From: Dehalococcoidia bacterium
GTDB taxonomy: Bacteria; Chloroflexota; Dehalococcoidia; Lucifugimonadales; Australimonadaceae
NCBI GenBank assembly: GCA_965219425.1
Contig: OZ244741.1
Span: forward strand, 2,077,330-2,141,329
Reading direction: 5' to 3'
Length of the DNA stretch: 64,000 nucleotides
Each line of letters begins with the position of its first letter. Position 1 is the stretch's first letter. Of the stretch, positions 16,794 through 26,278 are shown piece by piece. The translations under genes were made by a program, and so were the position numbers. The notes under the pieces are model-generated. The model ran no database searches. It worked only from the letters and a program-made list of their open reading frames with translations, and was not told where the DNA came from.

Positions 16794-17804
16794 TCAACCG
16801 CCCTCCTCGTCGTGGCCGCTGCGCCAGCCCGACCCGAAGGTCATCTCGTCCTGGCCGAGCAGCCAGACCCGCACGTCTTCCGTGGTCACCCAGCCGCCCT
16901 CCGCGGTGACCACGAAGGCATCCGTACCGAGCAGGTCCTCAAGGCTCTTTCCCACGTTTGCCTTGTCGTAGTGGTCTACGACCGTGCCGCTTTCGTCGGC
17001 AATGAATGCGAACCACTCCCCTTGGACGTTGTCGGCGCTGTTGTAGTAGGCGATGGTCTCGTGCAGCCCCGCAAAATCGGTCTCGGGGCTGGCGAAGTAC
17101 GCAATGGTCCCCTCCAGCCCCACCTCGCGGAACACGCTGGCGGCCGTGTCCACCATGGCCCTGGTGAATGCGTCGGCGTTGACGTACCAGCCCGAGCCGA
17201 ACAGCAGGCCGTCGTGCCGCACCACCCAGGCGTTCTTCAGCTCGAACTCGCCGGTGTAGCCGGGCCCGAAGTCCCCGTGCTCGGGGTTGGCGGACACGTA
17301 GGTCACCCACTTGCCCTCGTCCGTCGCAGAGAGCATCTCCGGGGCGTAGTGGTAGCCGTTGATGTCGGTGCCCACCCAGCCGTTCACGTCCAGCCCCACG
17401 CGTTCGGGGTCGGGATGGGCGACGACGCGGGCGTCCTCGCCGATGATGAAGACGTACCACTGGCCGTCGATGCTCTCCTTGCGGCTGTAGTGGGCGAGGG
17501 TGTCCTCCCGGCCCCGGGTCTCGTAGCGGGCGATGGCCGCGTCCACGACGAACGCGGTGTAGTCGGCGGGGGCCGACCTGGAGGGGATGGAGGCCACCAC
17601 CCCACGGGCGATGCGCTCCGCCTCGGCGGCGGTGACGCCCCCTCCGGGCTGTGACGGGGTAGGGGCGGCGGCGAGCTCGGCGCGGACGATCTCCCTGACC
17701 TCGTCGGCGGTGATGCCCGGCTCGGCGTCACCGTCCCCGCAGGCCGCCAGCAGAAGCAGCGCCGCGAGGGCCAGGGCCGCCCAGAATATCTTGCGGTTGA
17801 TCAT
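16794..17804 (-). CDS. lipoprotein with two Cache/PDC-like repeats
   Basis: MINRKIFWAALALAALLLLAACG lipobox. Two similar halves (HY...DGQWYVFIIGEDARVVAHPDP / YYNSADNVQGEWFAFIADESGTVVDHYD). Start at the internal ATG 17804. Confidence 0.65.
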   Translation of the reverse strand: MINRKIFWAALALAALLLLAACGDGDAEPGITADEVREIVRAELAAAPTPSQPGGGVTAAEAERIARGVVASIPSRSAPADYTAFVVDAAIARYETRGREDTLAHYSRKESIDGQWYVFIIGEDARVVAHPDPERVGLDVNGWVGTDINGYHYAPEMLSATDEGKWVTYVSANPEHGDFGPGYTGEFELKNAWVVRHDGLLFGSGWYVNADAFTRAMVDTAASVFREVGLEGTIAYFASPETDFAGLHETIAYYNSADNVQGEWFAFIADESGTVVDHYDKANVGKSLEDLLGTDAFVVTAEGGWVTTEDVRVWLLGQDEMTFGSGWRSGHDEEGG

Positions 17805-17890
17805 TTCATCCTTCCCATGCAATCGGTGTTTTTTGCTTCGGGCCCCGGATGGAGGGGGCGGTTCCGCCGGGGGATTTCGGGGCGCCGAGG

Positions 17891-18712
17891 CTACATGCCC
17901 GACACGCAGGTAGTGCCGGGTCCCTCGATGTCCACCTCGGCTACCGGGTCCCGGCCAAGGACATACCCCTCCCCGGCCAGCACCTCCCACGTGAGGGTGC
18001 AGACGGGGTTGTTGCTCTCGTCCACTTCGGAGGCCCAGTGGAAGTTCGAGAAGAATTCCTTCCCGGCGGGGAACGTGCGCGTCTTGGTTTCTCCGCCTTG
18101 CACATAGCTCAGGGTGAAGCTCAGCGACTCGTCCGCATTCCCGATGCGGCTGAACTCGAACTCCACGGTGTCCTTGTACTCCGCCTCAATGCCGTTCGCG
18201 TAGACGTTGACCATCGGCAGGGCGGTGATCTTCACGTCAACCTCGTCGTTGTCCGCCCACCCGAACGACGGAAAGAGAAACCACTCGTACGTGTGGCCAT
18301 AGGTGGGATCATTCGCATAGGTGGCATCCTCGAAGCTGAACGTCTGCCCGCCGATGTGAAGGGTCATGGCCCTCACCTCGCCGTCATTGGCCTGCCTGTT
18401 ACCAAATCCCACATAGAGTTGACTGCTAATAATCCGGTCATAGATCAGGGATACCTCGAAAGTGTGTCTCCCCAGAATGAAGCTATCGTCTGAGAGGGAC
18501 CCGATGCCCACTCCCTCAGACGTGTACCCCTTGCTGATGATGAAACTCCCCACCGTCATGGTCGAGGACCAGATCTCCTCTCCGTCATCCGAGCTCTGCG
18601 CCGACGCAGGCGAGCCCACGGCCAGCAGGGCCGCGACGACCGCCAGCGCCGCTAGGGCCAGCGCTACGGCGGAGCGGATGCCGAACTCCGGTATGAGGTT
18701 TTGCATTGTCAT
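17891..18712 (-). CDS. secreted protein, tandem paralog 1 (unknown family)
   Basis: MTMQN...LLAVGSPASAQ signal peptide. Conserved C-terminus EGPGTTC(V/M)xxM shared with the next two genes. Confidence 0.7.
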   Translation of the reverse strand: MTMQNLIPEFGIRSAVALALAALAVVAALLAVGSPASAQSSDDGEEIWSSTMTVGSFIISKGYTSEGVGIGSLSDDSFILGRHTFEVSLIYDRIISSQLYVGFGNRQANDGEVRAMTLHIGGQTFSFEDATYANDPTYGHTYEWFLFPSFGWADNDEVDVKITALPMVNVYANGIEAEYKDTVEFEFSRIGNADESLSFTLSYVQGGETKTRTFPAGKEFFSNFHWASEVDESNNPVCTLTWEVLAGEGYVLGRDPVAEVDIEGPGTTCVSGM

Positions 18713-18758
18713 TGCGGTTGGATTCGTCCTCCGGCCAGGGGCCTGAGCGGCGCCGGGG

Positions 18759-19625
18759 CTACATGGTTCCCATGCAGGTCGTGCCGGGGCCTTCGACAAG
18801 CGCGAAAGCCGGGTTTAAGTTAAGGATGTACCCGGGGACGGGGGAGAGTATCTCCCACGTGATGAGGCAGACCGGGTTGTTGCTCTCGTCCACGTCAACG
18901 GCCCAGTGGGCATTGAAGAATTCCGATTGCCCGGCCTTGAACGTGCGGGTGGCGGTCTCTCCGCTCTGGACATGCTTGAAGGAGAAGGTCAGCGCCTCGT
19001 CCGTGTTCCCGGTGCGGGTGAACCAGAATATCGCGGTCGACTCGGCGGCATTGTTGTTTCCGCCGTATTCCACGATTTGACCGCTCGCGGCAAACCCCCC
19101 CTCGACGCTGATGGACTTCTTCTCGGTGATCTTCAGGGCTACCGTGTCGCTTGTCGCCCAGCCGAAGCGCGGGGTGAGCGGCCAACTGTAGACGTCGCTA
19201 AAGGTGCTATCAAACGAATAGGTTGCATCATTGAAATCGAACGTCCGCCCGTCGACGTGAAGCGTCCAGGTCAGCTCTTCGTCGGAGTTAAGCTGCTCGT
19301 TGATTGCAAAAATCAGCGTGCCGGCGGAGGTGCCGATGGTAGCAGAGGAGTCGAGGACTAAGGTTACCAACTCATTTCCAGTATCCAGGGGGACCCTACC
19401 GTCGGAGAGCGAACCTATTCCACCATTGTTTGGATGTCTGAACCCCTGGCCGATGGGAAAGGACCCCGTCGTCATCGTCGCGGACCAGATCTCTTTGTCG
19501 TCCGAGCTCTGCGCCGAGGCCGGCGAGCCCACGGCCAGCAGGGCCGCGATGACCACCGCGGCCACCGCCGCCAGCACGACCGCCCAGCGGATTCCGAACC
19601 TTGGGACTGCATTTCTGACTGTCAT
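18759..19625 (-). CDS. secreted protein, tandem paralog 2
   Basis: MTVRN...LLAVGSPASAQ. GIGSLSD, DATY, RFGW, GETATRTF, NNPVC and EGPGTTCMGTM are shared with the paralogs. Confidence 0.7.
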   Translation of the reverse strand: MTVRNAVPRFGIRWAVVLAAVAAVVIAALLAVGSPASAQSSDDKEIWSATMTTGSFPIGQGFRHPNNGGIGSLSDGRVPLDTGNELVTLVLDSSATIGTSAGTLIFAINEQLNSDEELTWTLHVDGRTFDFNDATYSFDSTFSDVYSWPLTPRFGWATSDTVALKITEKKSISVEGGFAASGQIVEYGGNNNAAESTAIFWFTRTGNTDEALTFSFKHVQSGETATRTFKAGQSEFFNAHWAVDVDESNNPVCLITWEILSPVPGYILNLNPAFALVEGPGTTCMGTM

Positions 19626-19677
19626 TGGGATTTGCTCCTTCGTTTATCGGGGTGGGGGACAGGAAGCGGCGCCGGGG

Positions 19678-20529
19678 CTACATGCTCGACATGCAGGTCG
19701 TGCCCGGGCCTTCGACGGCCACCGTCGCAGAAGCTGGAGTGCCCAGGACGTAATCGCTCCCAGTACGCAATTGCCAAAAGATGAGGCAGAGCGGAGCATC
19801 GTTGTTGTCCAGGTCAACGGCCCAGTGGAAGTTGCTGAAACTCGATACCCCGGCTTTGAACGTGCGCGTAGCGGTCTCTCCGCCGAATATGTTGCCGTTA
19901 GTCACCCGGAAGCTCAGCGCGTTGTCCGTGCTGCCGTAGCGGGTGAACTTGAACTCCGCGGTCGACTCGGCGGCGTTGTTGTTTCCGCCGTATTCCACCG
20001 TGGCCGTGACCGCCTCGATGATGACGACCGGCTTAGCGGTGATCTTCACGGAAACCCTGTCGTTGTCCGACCAGCCGAAGCGCGGGGAAAGAGTCCATGT
20101 GTAAACGTGGCCATAGGTGGAATCAGTCGCATAGGTGGCGTCAGCGAGGTCAAAAATGCGTGTCCGCGCGAGGAGAAGCTGCAAGGACTCCAGCTCGTTG
20201 TCATCGAGCTTTCTGTCCAATGCAAGAAGCAGTTGGCCACCGTGAGCAGAGGAGTCAAGGATTAGGGTTATGGTGAAGTTGTTTGGACCCGAACTGAATT
20301 CGTCCTCGGAGAGGGACCCAACTCCACCTAACTCAGGTGTGTACCCTTTGCCGATAGGGAAGTTCCCTACCGTCATCGTCGCGTCGTAGACCTCTGTTGC
20401 CGTCAGCAGTGATTGCGCCGAGGCCGGCGAGCCCACTGAGAGCAGGGCCGCGATCACCACCGCGGCCGCCACCGCCAGCGCCGCCACAGTTCTCATCCCG
20501 AATCCCGGTAGGAAGTTTCGTATTGTCAT
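19678..20529 (-). CDS. secreted protein, tandem paralog 3
   Basis: MTIRN...LLSVGSPASAQ with the same conserved blocks. Ends EGPGTTCMSSM. Confidence 0.7.
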   Translation of the reverse strand: MTIRNFLPGFGMRTVAALAVAAAVVIAALLSVGSPASAQSLLTATEVYDATMTVGNFPIGKGYTPELGGVGSLSEDEFSSGPNNFTITLILDSSAHGGQLLLALDRKLDDNELESLQLLLARTRIFDLADATYATDSTYGHVYTWTLSPRFGWSDNDRVSVKITAKPVVIIEAVTATVEYGGNNNAAESTAEFKFTRYGSTDNALSFRVTNGNIFGGETATRTFKAGVSSFSNFHWAVDLDNNDAPLCLIFWQLRTGSDYVLGTPASATVAVEGPGTTCMSSM

Positions 20530-20902
20530 TGCGAGCACCTCATTCTCTTTCGCTGGTTGGGGGCGGCTAAAGACGCTGGAGTGGCCCGATACGTCCCGCT
20601 GGGGGACGCGGTCCGGTCGGGGAGGCGGCCGTTTGAGGAGCCTGGACTTGCCGGCAGGCCCGAGAGCGGGCCGTCCGGCGCAGGCAGCTCTCTAACCAGC
20701 GTAAGCGACGCAGCGACGGCGGGTTCCATTGCCCCGTCCGCCGCCTCAATTGAATGGACCGTTCTGTCGAACCCGAATCCCATACAAATACCCCCCTGCT
20801 CCTGTCGGCAGGCCGTTCCATGTCATTCTACAGGGACCGTGTAAGATGACTGTTAGAAAAATGGCGAATTGGCATGATATTGGTGTAAGATACGGCCCAA
20901 AG

Positions 20903-20911
20903 TGCTATAAT
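20903..20911 (+). promoter_or_regulatory. extended -10 promoter element TGCTATAAT upstream of the hybrid kinase
   Basis: Perfect TGnTATAAT about 90 nt upstream of ATG 21002. GTGTAAGAT occurs twice just upstream. Confidence 0.45.
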
Positions 20912-21001
20912 CGACCCCAAAGCGTTGGCCCCGCTTCATCCAGGCGGCGGCGCTTCCGCGGGTGTTCAACGTGTCCCGCAACCCAGACTTGAGGCGGTGC
21001 A

Positions 21002-23437
21002 ATGAACCGAGACGATGAACGAGACCTGGTGATACAGGCACTGAGAGACCGGCTGTCCAGGCTGAGCGAGGCCAGCCTGCGCATCAACGAAAGCCTGGAC
21101 TTCGACACGGTCCTCCAGGGGGTCCTGGACTCCGCCCGCTCCCTGACCGGGGCCCGCTACGGAGCGATGACGCTCCTCAACGGTGCGGTCGAGCTTCCAC
21201 CCGATTGGACCCCCATGGCCAAAGCGCCGGACAGCAACGCGCCGCTGGTCGACTACTTCACCTCAGGGCTAACAGAGGAGCAAGTCCGCAGGATGCAGGA
21301 CATGCCGGAGCGGATACTCCTCTTCAACTATCTGAGCCGGATTCCAGAGACGTTGCGGATTCCCGACCTCGCCAGCCACACCATCTCTCTGGGTATGGCC
21401 GAGTTCACCGCCCTGCCGGTGGGGCCGTTCCTGTCAGCGCCCCTCCTCCACCAGGGCGACTTCGTGGGCGTCATCTTCCTGGCCAGGGATACCGGGATGG
21501 AAGAGTTTGGCCAGGAGGACGAGGAGACGTTGGTGATGTTCGCGTCCCAGGCGGCAATGGTCATCGCCAACGCCCGCCGGTACCGGGAGGAGCAGCGGGC
21601 CAGGAACGACCTGGAGACGCTGATCAACATCTCTCCGGTGGGTGTGGCGGTCTTCGACGCGAAGACCGGGGCGCCGGTGTCCTTCAACCGGGAAGCCGTG
21701 CGAATCGTCGACAGCCTGCGCGACCCGGACCAATCCCCGGAGCAGTTGCTGGAAGTTCTGTCCTATCGAAGGGCCGACGGACGGGAGATTGCTCCGTTCG
21801 ACATAGCCAAGGAGCTGATCGCAGGGGACACCGTGCGGGCCGAGGAGATCTTCATCGAGGTCCCCGACGGGCGCAGCGTCACCACCCTGGTGAACGGCAC
21901 TCCCATCCGTGGGGAGGATGGCCGAATCGTGTCGGTGGTTGTGACCCTACAGGACATGACGGAGTTGGAGGAGCTGGAGCGGCTCCGGGCCGAGTTCCTG
22001 GCAATGGTGAGCCACGAGCTGCGCACGCCCCTGACCTCGGTCAAGGGCTCCATCGCTACCCTGTTGGACCCCCCATCCGCCCTCGGCCCGACCGAGATGA
22101 GGCAGTTCTTCCGGATCATCGACTCGCAGATAGACCGGATGCACGTGCTGATAAGCGACCTGCTGGACGTGGCCCGCATCGAGACGGGCACGCTTGCGGT
22201 CTCACCCGAACCGACGGACGTGGCCATACTGGTGGGGGAGGCCGGCAACGGCTTTCGCAGCGCCGGGGGCAGGCACAACATCGAGGTCGAGCTTGCTCCG
22301 GACCTGCCCTGGGTCATGGCCGACCGGCTGCGCATGGTGCAGGTGCTGGGCAATCTGTTGACCAACGCGGCCCGGCACTCGCCCGAGTCGTCCATCATCC
22401 GGGTGACCGCCGTGGGGGAAGGGGTCCACGTTGCGGTGTCGGTCTCCGACCATGGTAGAGGCATTCCCGCCGAGAGCCTGCCGCACCTGTTCCGCAAGTT
22501 CTCCCGGATAGAGTCCCAGGAGCAGGGGGGCGACACGGGCCTAGGCCTTGCCATATGCAAGGGGATAGTTGAAGCGCTCGGGGGCCGCATTTGGGCCGAG
22601 AGCGACGGGCCGGGGCTGGGCGCGCGGTTCACCTTCACCCTTCCGACGGTCGAGCAGGCCGGGTACGTCTCTCCGGTGGCCCCCTCCCGGCCCTCGTCCC
22701 GCTCTGCGCGGCGGGCCGAAGCGCTGCGCATCCTGGCCGTGGACGACGACCTCCAGGCCCTCAGGTACGTCCGCGACACTCTCATGAAGGCGGGGTTCGA
22801 ACCGATGGTGACAGCGGACCCGGAGGAGGTGCTGCGTCTCGTGGAGGAGTACAAGCCCCACCTGGTGCTGCTGGACCTGGTGCTCCCGGGTGTCGACGGG
22901 ATGGATCTGATGAAGGACATTGCAGAGATGACGGACGTGCCGGTCATCTTCCTGTCAGCCTACGGCCAGGACAGGCTCGTTGCCAGGGCCTTCGACATGG
23001 GCGCCGCCGACTATATGGTCAAGCCGTTCTCACCGACGGAGCTGTCGGCCAGGATCAGGGCCGCTCTTCGCCGACGAGAGGTACCCAAGCCGTCGGAGCC
23101 CTATGTGTTGGGCGATCTGACCATCGACTATGACGAGCGCCGGGTGACCCTCACCGGCCGCCCGGTGGAGCTGACCGCCAAGGAGTACAGGACGCTGGCC
23201 GAACTGTCGATCAACGCCGGGCGTGTGCTGACCTACGAGACTCTGCTGCGCCGGGTGTGGGGGCTCGACGCCGACGCCGACATTCGCCCGATGCGGACCA
23301 CCATAAGCAGCATCCGCCGCAAGCTGGACGACGATGCTGAGAACCCCGCCTACATCTTCACGGAGCTCCGCGTCGGCTACCGGATGCCCAAGGGGGAGAA
23401 GCCGGCGCAGGAGACAGAACCGCCCGCGGCCCTATGA
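21002..23437 (+). CDS. hybrid sensor kinase / OmpR-type response regulator (GAF-PAS-HisKA-HATPase-REC-wHTH), no TM segment seen
   Basis: SHELRTPLTSV H-box, NLLTNAARHS N-box, GLGLAICKGIVEALGG G-box, ILAVDDD...LLDLVLPGVDG REC, YIFTELRVGYRMP winged helix. Confidence 0.9.
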   Translation: MNRDDERDLVIQALRDRLSRLSEASLRINESLDFDTVLQGVLDSARSLTGARYGAMTLLNGAVELPPDWTPMAKAPDSNAPLVDYFTSGLTEEQVRRMQDMPERILLFNYLSRIPETLRIPDLASHTISLGMAEFTALPVGPFLSAPLLHQGDFVGVIFLARDTGMEEFGQEDEETLVMFASQAAMVIANARRYREEQRARNDLETLINISPVGVAVFDAKTGAPVSFNREAVRIVDSLRDPDQSPEQLLEVLSYRRADGREIAPFDIAKELIAGDTVRAEEIFIEVPDGRSVTTLVNGTPIRGEDGRIVSVVVTLQDMTELEELERLRAEFLAMVSHELRTPLTSVKGSIATLLDPPSALGPTEMRQFFRIIDSQIDRMHVLISDLLDVARIETGTLAVSPEPTDVAILVGEAGNGFRSAGGRHNIEVELAPDLPWVMADRLRMVQVLGNLLTNAARHSPESSIIRVTAVGEGVHVAVSVSDHGRGIPAESLPHLFRKFSRIESQEQGGDTGLGLAICKGIVEALGGRIWAESDGPGLGARFTFTLPTVEQAGYVSPVAPSRPSSRSARRAEALRILAVDDDLQALRYVRDTLMKAGFEPMVTADPEEVLRLVEEYKPHLVLLDLVLPGVDGMDLMKDIAEMTDVPVIFLSAYGQDRLVARAFDMGAADYMVKPFSPTELSARIRAALRRREVPKPSEPYVLGDLTIDYDERRVTLTGRPVELTAKEYRTLAELSINAGRVLTYETLLRRVWGLDADADIRPMRTTISSIRRKLDDDAENPAYIFTELRVGYRMPKGEKPAQETEPPAAL

Positions 23438-24390
23438 GCCGCCGTTTCCTACCTTATATAGGGAGTGAGATGCCCCATCCCGACCTCGCCACAGTCACCG
23501 GCGCCTTCAGCTATACAGGAAGGTACGTCGCCCGGCGTTTGCTAGACCAGGGCGTCCATGTAAGGACCCTCACCCGCAGCCCGAACGCGGAGGACCCCTT
23601 GGCCGACCATGTGGAGGCGGCCCCCCTGGACTTCTCAGACCCCGACGGGCTGAGCCGCTCGATGCAGGGGGCGGGAGTCCTCTACAACACCTACTGGATT
23701 CGGTACGCCCATGGCCGGATCACCTTCGACCTCGCGGTCGAGAACACCAGGACGCTGTTCGAGGTTGCCAAGAGGGCGGGCGTCGGCAGGATCGTCCACT
23801 TCTCGGTGACCAACCCCTCACCAGAGTCCGCGCTGCCGTATTTCAGGGCCAAGGCGCAGGTAGAGGACATGCTGACGAACCTCGGAATCCCCTACGCCAT
23901 CGTCAGGCCGACTCTCGTCTTCGGGGTGGGAGACCTGCTTCTCAACAACATGGCCTGGGCGTTACGGCGCTTCCCATTCTTCCCCGTCTACGGGAGGGGC
24001 GACTATCCGGTCCAGCCCGTCTACGTGGAAGACCTTGCGGCCCAGGCGGTGGAGGCCGGCTCTCAGAGCGAGAACTCCGTGGCTGACGCTGCCGGGCCGG
24101 ACACCTTCTCCTTCGAGGGCCTGCTTCGCCTGCTGGCCTCTGCAATGGGCGTGCGTGCCAGGCTGGTGCGCACTCCCCCGACAGTGGGTCTCGCCTTGAC
24201 CGGGCTGGTGGGCCTCCTGATGCGCGACATGGCACTCACCCGCGACGAGGTTGACGGCCTCACGGCCGGGCTGTTGACATCCGACGCCGCTCCGACCGGC
24301 ACGACCAGGCTGAGCGACTGGCTCAAGGATAACGCGGACGGCCTGGGCCGCCGGTATGTGTCTGAGCTTCGGCGTAACTACCGGAGGTAG
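23434..24390 (+). CDS. NAD(P)-binding SDR/NmrA-like oxidoreductase or epimerase
   Basis: ATVTGAFSYTGRYVARRLLDQG glycine-rich Rossmann motif. The start may be the internal ATG at 23470. Confidence 0.75.
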   Translation: MSRRFLPYIGSEMPHPDLATVTGAFSYTGRYVARRLLDQGVHVRTLTRSPNAEDPLADHVEAAPLDFSDPDGLSRSMQGAGVLYNTYWIRYAHGRITFDLAVENTRTLFEVAKRAGVGRIVHFSVTNPSPESALPYFRAKAQVEDMLTNLGIPYAIVRPTLVFGVGDLLLNNMAWALRRFPFFPVYGRGDYPVQPVYVEDLAAQAVEAGSQSENSVADAAGPDTFSFEGLLRLLASAMGVRARLVRTPPTVGLALTGLVGLLMRDMALTRDEVDGLTAGLLTSDAAPTGTTRLSDWLKDNADGLGRRYVSELRRNYRR

Positions 24391-24492
24391 GCGCCATTCG
24401 TCGCGAGGTATGTCGGCGTCGCGTTGCGCATATCCACCTCAAGGAGTGCTGTAGTAATTTACAGCGAATCTTTTGGAGGTTCTGGCCAGCAA

Positions 24493-25029
24493 CTAAGAAA
24501 CTGGAGAGTCCGAATTCACACCGGCATTCGCCTCTTCGGCAGAGTCATTTTCCCGGACTCTCAACGATGACAATTCGGTATTTCGCCTTGTGGCCTGAAT
24601 CGAATCTGGCGGGTGGGCTAGTCTCTCGAATACACCAAGACTACTGATTTGCTTGGCGGCGAACTCAAACAGACTCTTGCGTGATCTTATTCGATTTTTG
24701 ATGTCGATGCTCAGAAGTAACTCGATAATCTCTTCCGTATCAGGGTCTACATCGCTAAAATACTGTAGTATTTCCGAGTCTGACAGCTGCTTCAAGTCAT
24801 CCAGGGATTTTCCTATCCGACGATCTACGTGCTTGACAATGGCAATTGCCACTTCCGATTTTGGAGTCCGTTTCGGTAGACGGATTCCCAGATGCTCGGC
24901 AGTCTTCAACAGTTCTTCCATACGGATTTTGTCGCTACGCGAGAGAGCGACCTGCGCCCCCTGTCGTCCGACAATCTCCACCAATGTCTTGATGTCATCA
25001 GATGCAATAGTCATGTTGAGATGCCTCAT
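24493..25029 (-). CDS. hypothetical protein, downstream partner of ParA (AT-richer)
   Basis: 178-aa ORF directly abutting the ParA stop. No motif recognised. Confidence 0.55.
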   Translation of the reverse strand: MRHLNMTIASDDIKTLVEIVGRQGAQVALSRSDKIRMEELLKTAEHLGIRLPKRTPKSEVAIAIVKHVDRRIGKSLDDLKQLSDSEILQYFSDVDPDTEEIIELLLSIDIKNRIRSRKSLFEFAAKQISSLGVFERLAHPPDSIQATRRNTELSSLRVRENDSAEEANAGVNSDSPVS

Positions 25030-25947
25030 TCATACGAGCTGTACGATCTCATCAACCAACTGTTTGTATTGCTCAGCCTGCTTCCTGGCGTTAAGCCCAT
25101 CAGTGTCGTAGACCGTGGTTCCGATCGCTGCGGCTTGTCGAATCCCATCACCTTCGGTTACATACGTGTCTAGAATTCCAGTGGTTCGTCTGAGTCTGTT
25201 GAAGATGAGCTGCTCGGAGTATTTCAAACCCCCGCCGTACTCTCGACACATCATCCCAGCAGCGCCCAAGAACTCCGTATCTTTGTAATCCGGCGCGACA
25301 TTGACCATCACAGCTACTGCCTGCATATCCTCGTTGACGTTGCGAATCGCCTCGACGGTTGAGGGTACGCCGGTGGCTGATTGGTTGTCTAGTTTCACTG
25401 GCGAGATGCACTTATCGGATGCGAATATCACAGCCTTTTCTAGATCATCAAGATCAGGATGGCTGTCGATTAGTACGAAGTCATAAGGCTCTTCAGGATC
25501 GTCTATTGATCTGAGGGACTCTCGGATGAGACCGAGATGACGAACGAGCATGTCATTATTCGCCCTCAAACTATTCGTAGGAGGCATCTTATCAACGGAG
25601 ACCGAGTTCAACCGTGGATCGGCCGGCACCAAGTCGATATCGTCTGTAGTTGGTAACACAGTGAGGGGCGGAAGATCCTGGATACCACTATAGAATGCTT
25701 GGTACAGATGGAACAGGGTCGTATGGTCTGTTTCACCGAGGCGGAAGTCCTCCAACATTTCGGGCCGCAGGCGGCAGGTCAAACCACCACGCTGGTAGTC
25801 AGTGTCCAATACTAAGACCTTCTTTTTGTGGAACCTCACAAGGCCAACAGCCACGTGGTAGACGGTGGTGGTCTTCCCGACACCGCCTTTTTCACTTACA
25901 AAGCCAATCGTGGTGGCCACTGGCTCCTCCGTAGCGTACCCTTCCAA
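25030..25947 (-). CDS. ParA/Soj-family P-loop ATPase
   Basis: GFVSEKGGVGKTTTVYHVAVGL deviant Walker A and VLVLDTDYQ. TTG start in the track. Confidence 0.85.
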   Translation of the reverse strand: MEGYATEEPVATTIGFVSEKGGVGKTTTVYHVAVGLVRFHKKKVLVLDTDYQRGGLTCRLRPEMLEDFRLGETDHTTLFHLYQAFYSGIQDLPPLTVLPTTDDIDLVPADPRLNSVSVDKMPPTNSLRANNDMLVRHLGLIRESLRSIDDPEEPYDFVLIDSHPDLDDLEKAVIFASDKCISPVKLDNQSATGVPSTVEAIRNVNEDMQAVAVMVNVAPDYKDTEFLGAAGMMCREYGGGLKYSEQLIFNRLRRTTGILDTYVTEGDGIRQAAAIGTTVYDTDGLNARKQAEQYKQLVDEIVQLV

Positions 25948-25950
25948 CTG

Positions 25951-26000
25951 TATAGCCGACTATAGCCCTGATTCTACGTTGAAGCGCCTCGTGTATGCAA
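25951..26000 (-). promoter_or_regulatory. putative promoter (TTGCAT-18-TAGAAT on minus strand) with two TATAGCC direct repeats in the leader
   Basis: Plus-strand ATGCAA 25995-26000 and ATTCTA 25971-25976. TATAGCC at 25951-25957 and 25961-25967. Confidence 0.35.
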
Positions 26001-26278
26001 GGTGGAACTCGACGCCAACTCTTAGGCAAAAAGCATGTCAACCCTTCGACATGGTAGAAAATCCAAGACACCTGTCGTCCTCACACCCAACAGTGTCCCT
26101 CCCACTCGTCCGAACCCGTCCACCTGCCAGTCGTCTCCCGGGTCCCCTCGTCAAGCGCCACCGCTTAGTCCAGCGGAATCTGCAGGGAGTGAAGGTGGGG
26201 GCTTTGGCAAACGCCAGCCCGTCCCGCACCCTGGCGTCGATCTCCACCGCCTCGGCGAACATCTCCGGCCACCGGTGC

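Noticed and set aside
17891-17925. C-terminal C-x-x-x-M of the three paralogs as a CaaX-like prenylation or sorting signal
   Set aside because: The spacing is C plus four residues, not CaaX. The proteins are exported by signal peptides. A second conserved Cys (NPVC) makes a disulfide the simpler explanation.
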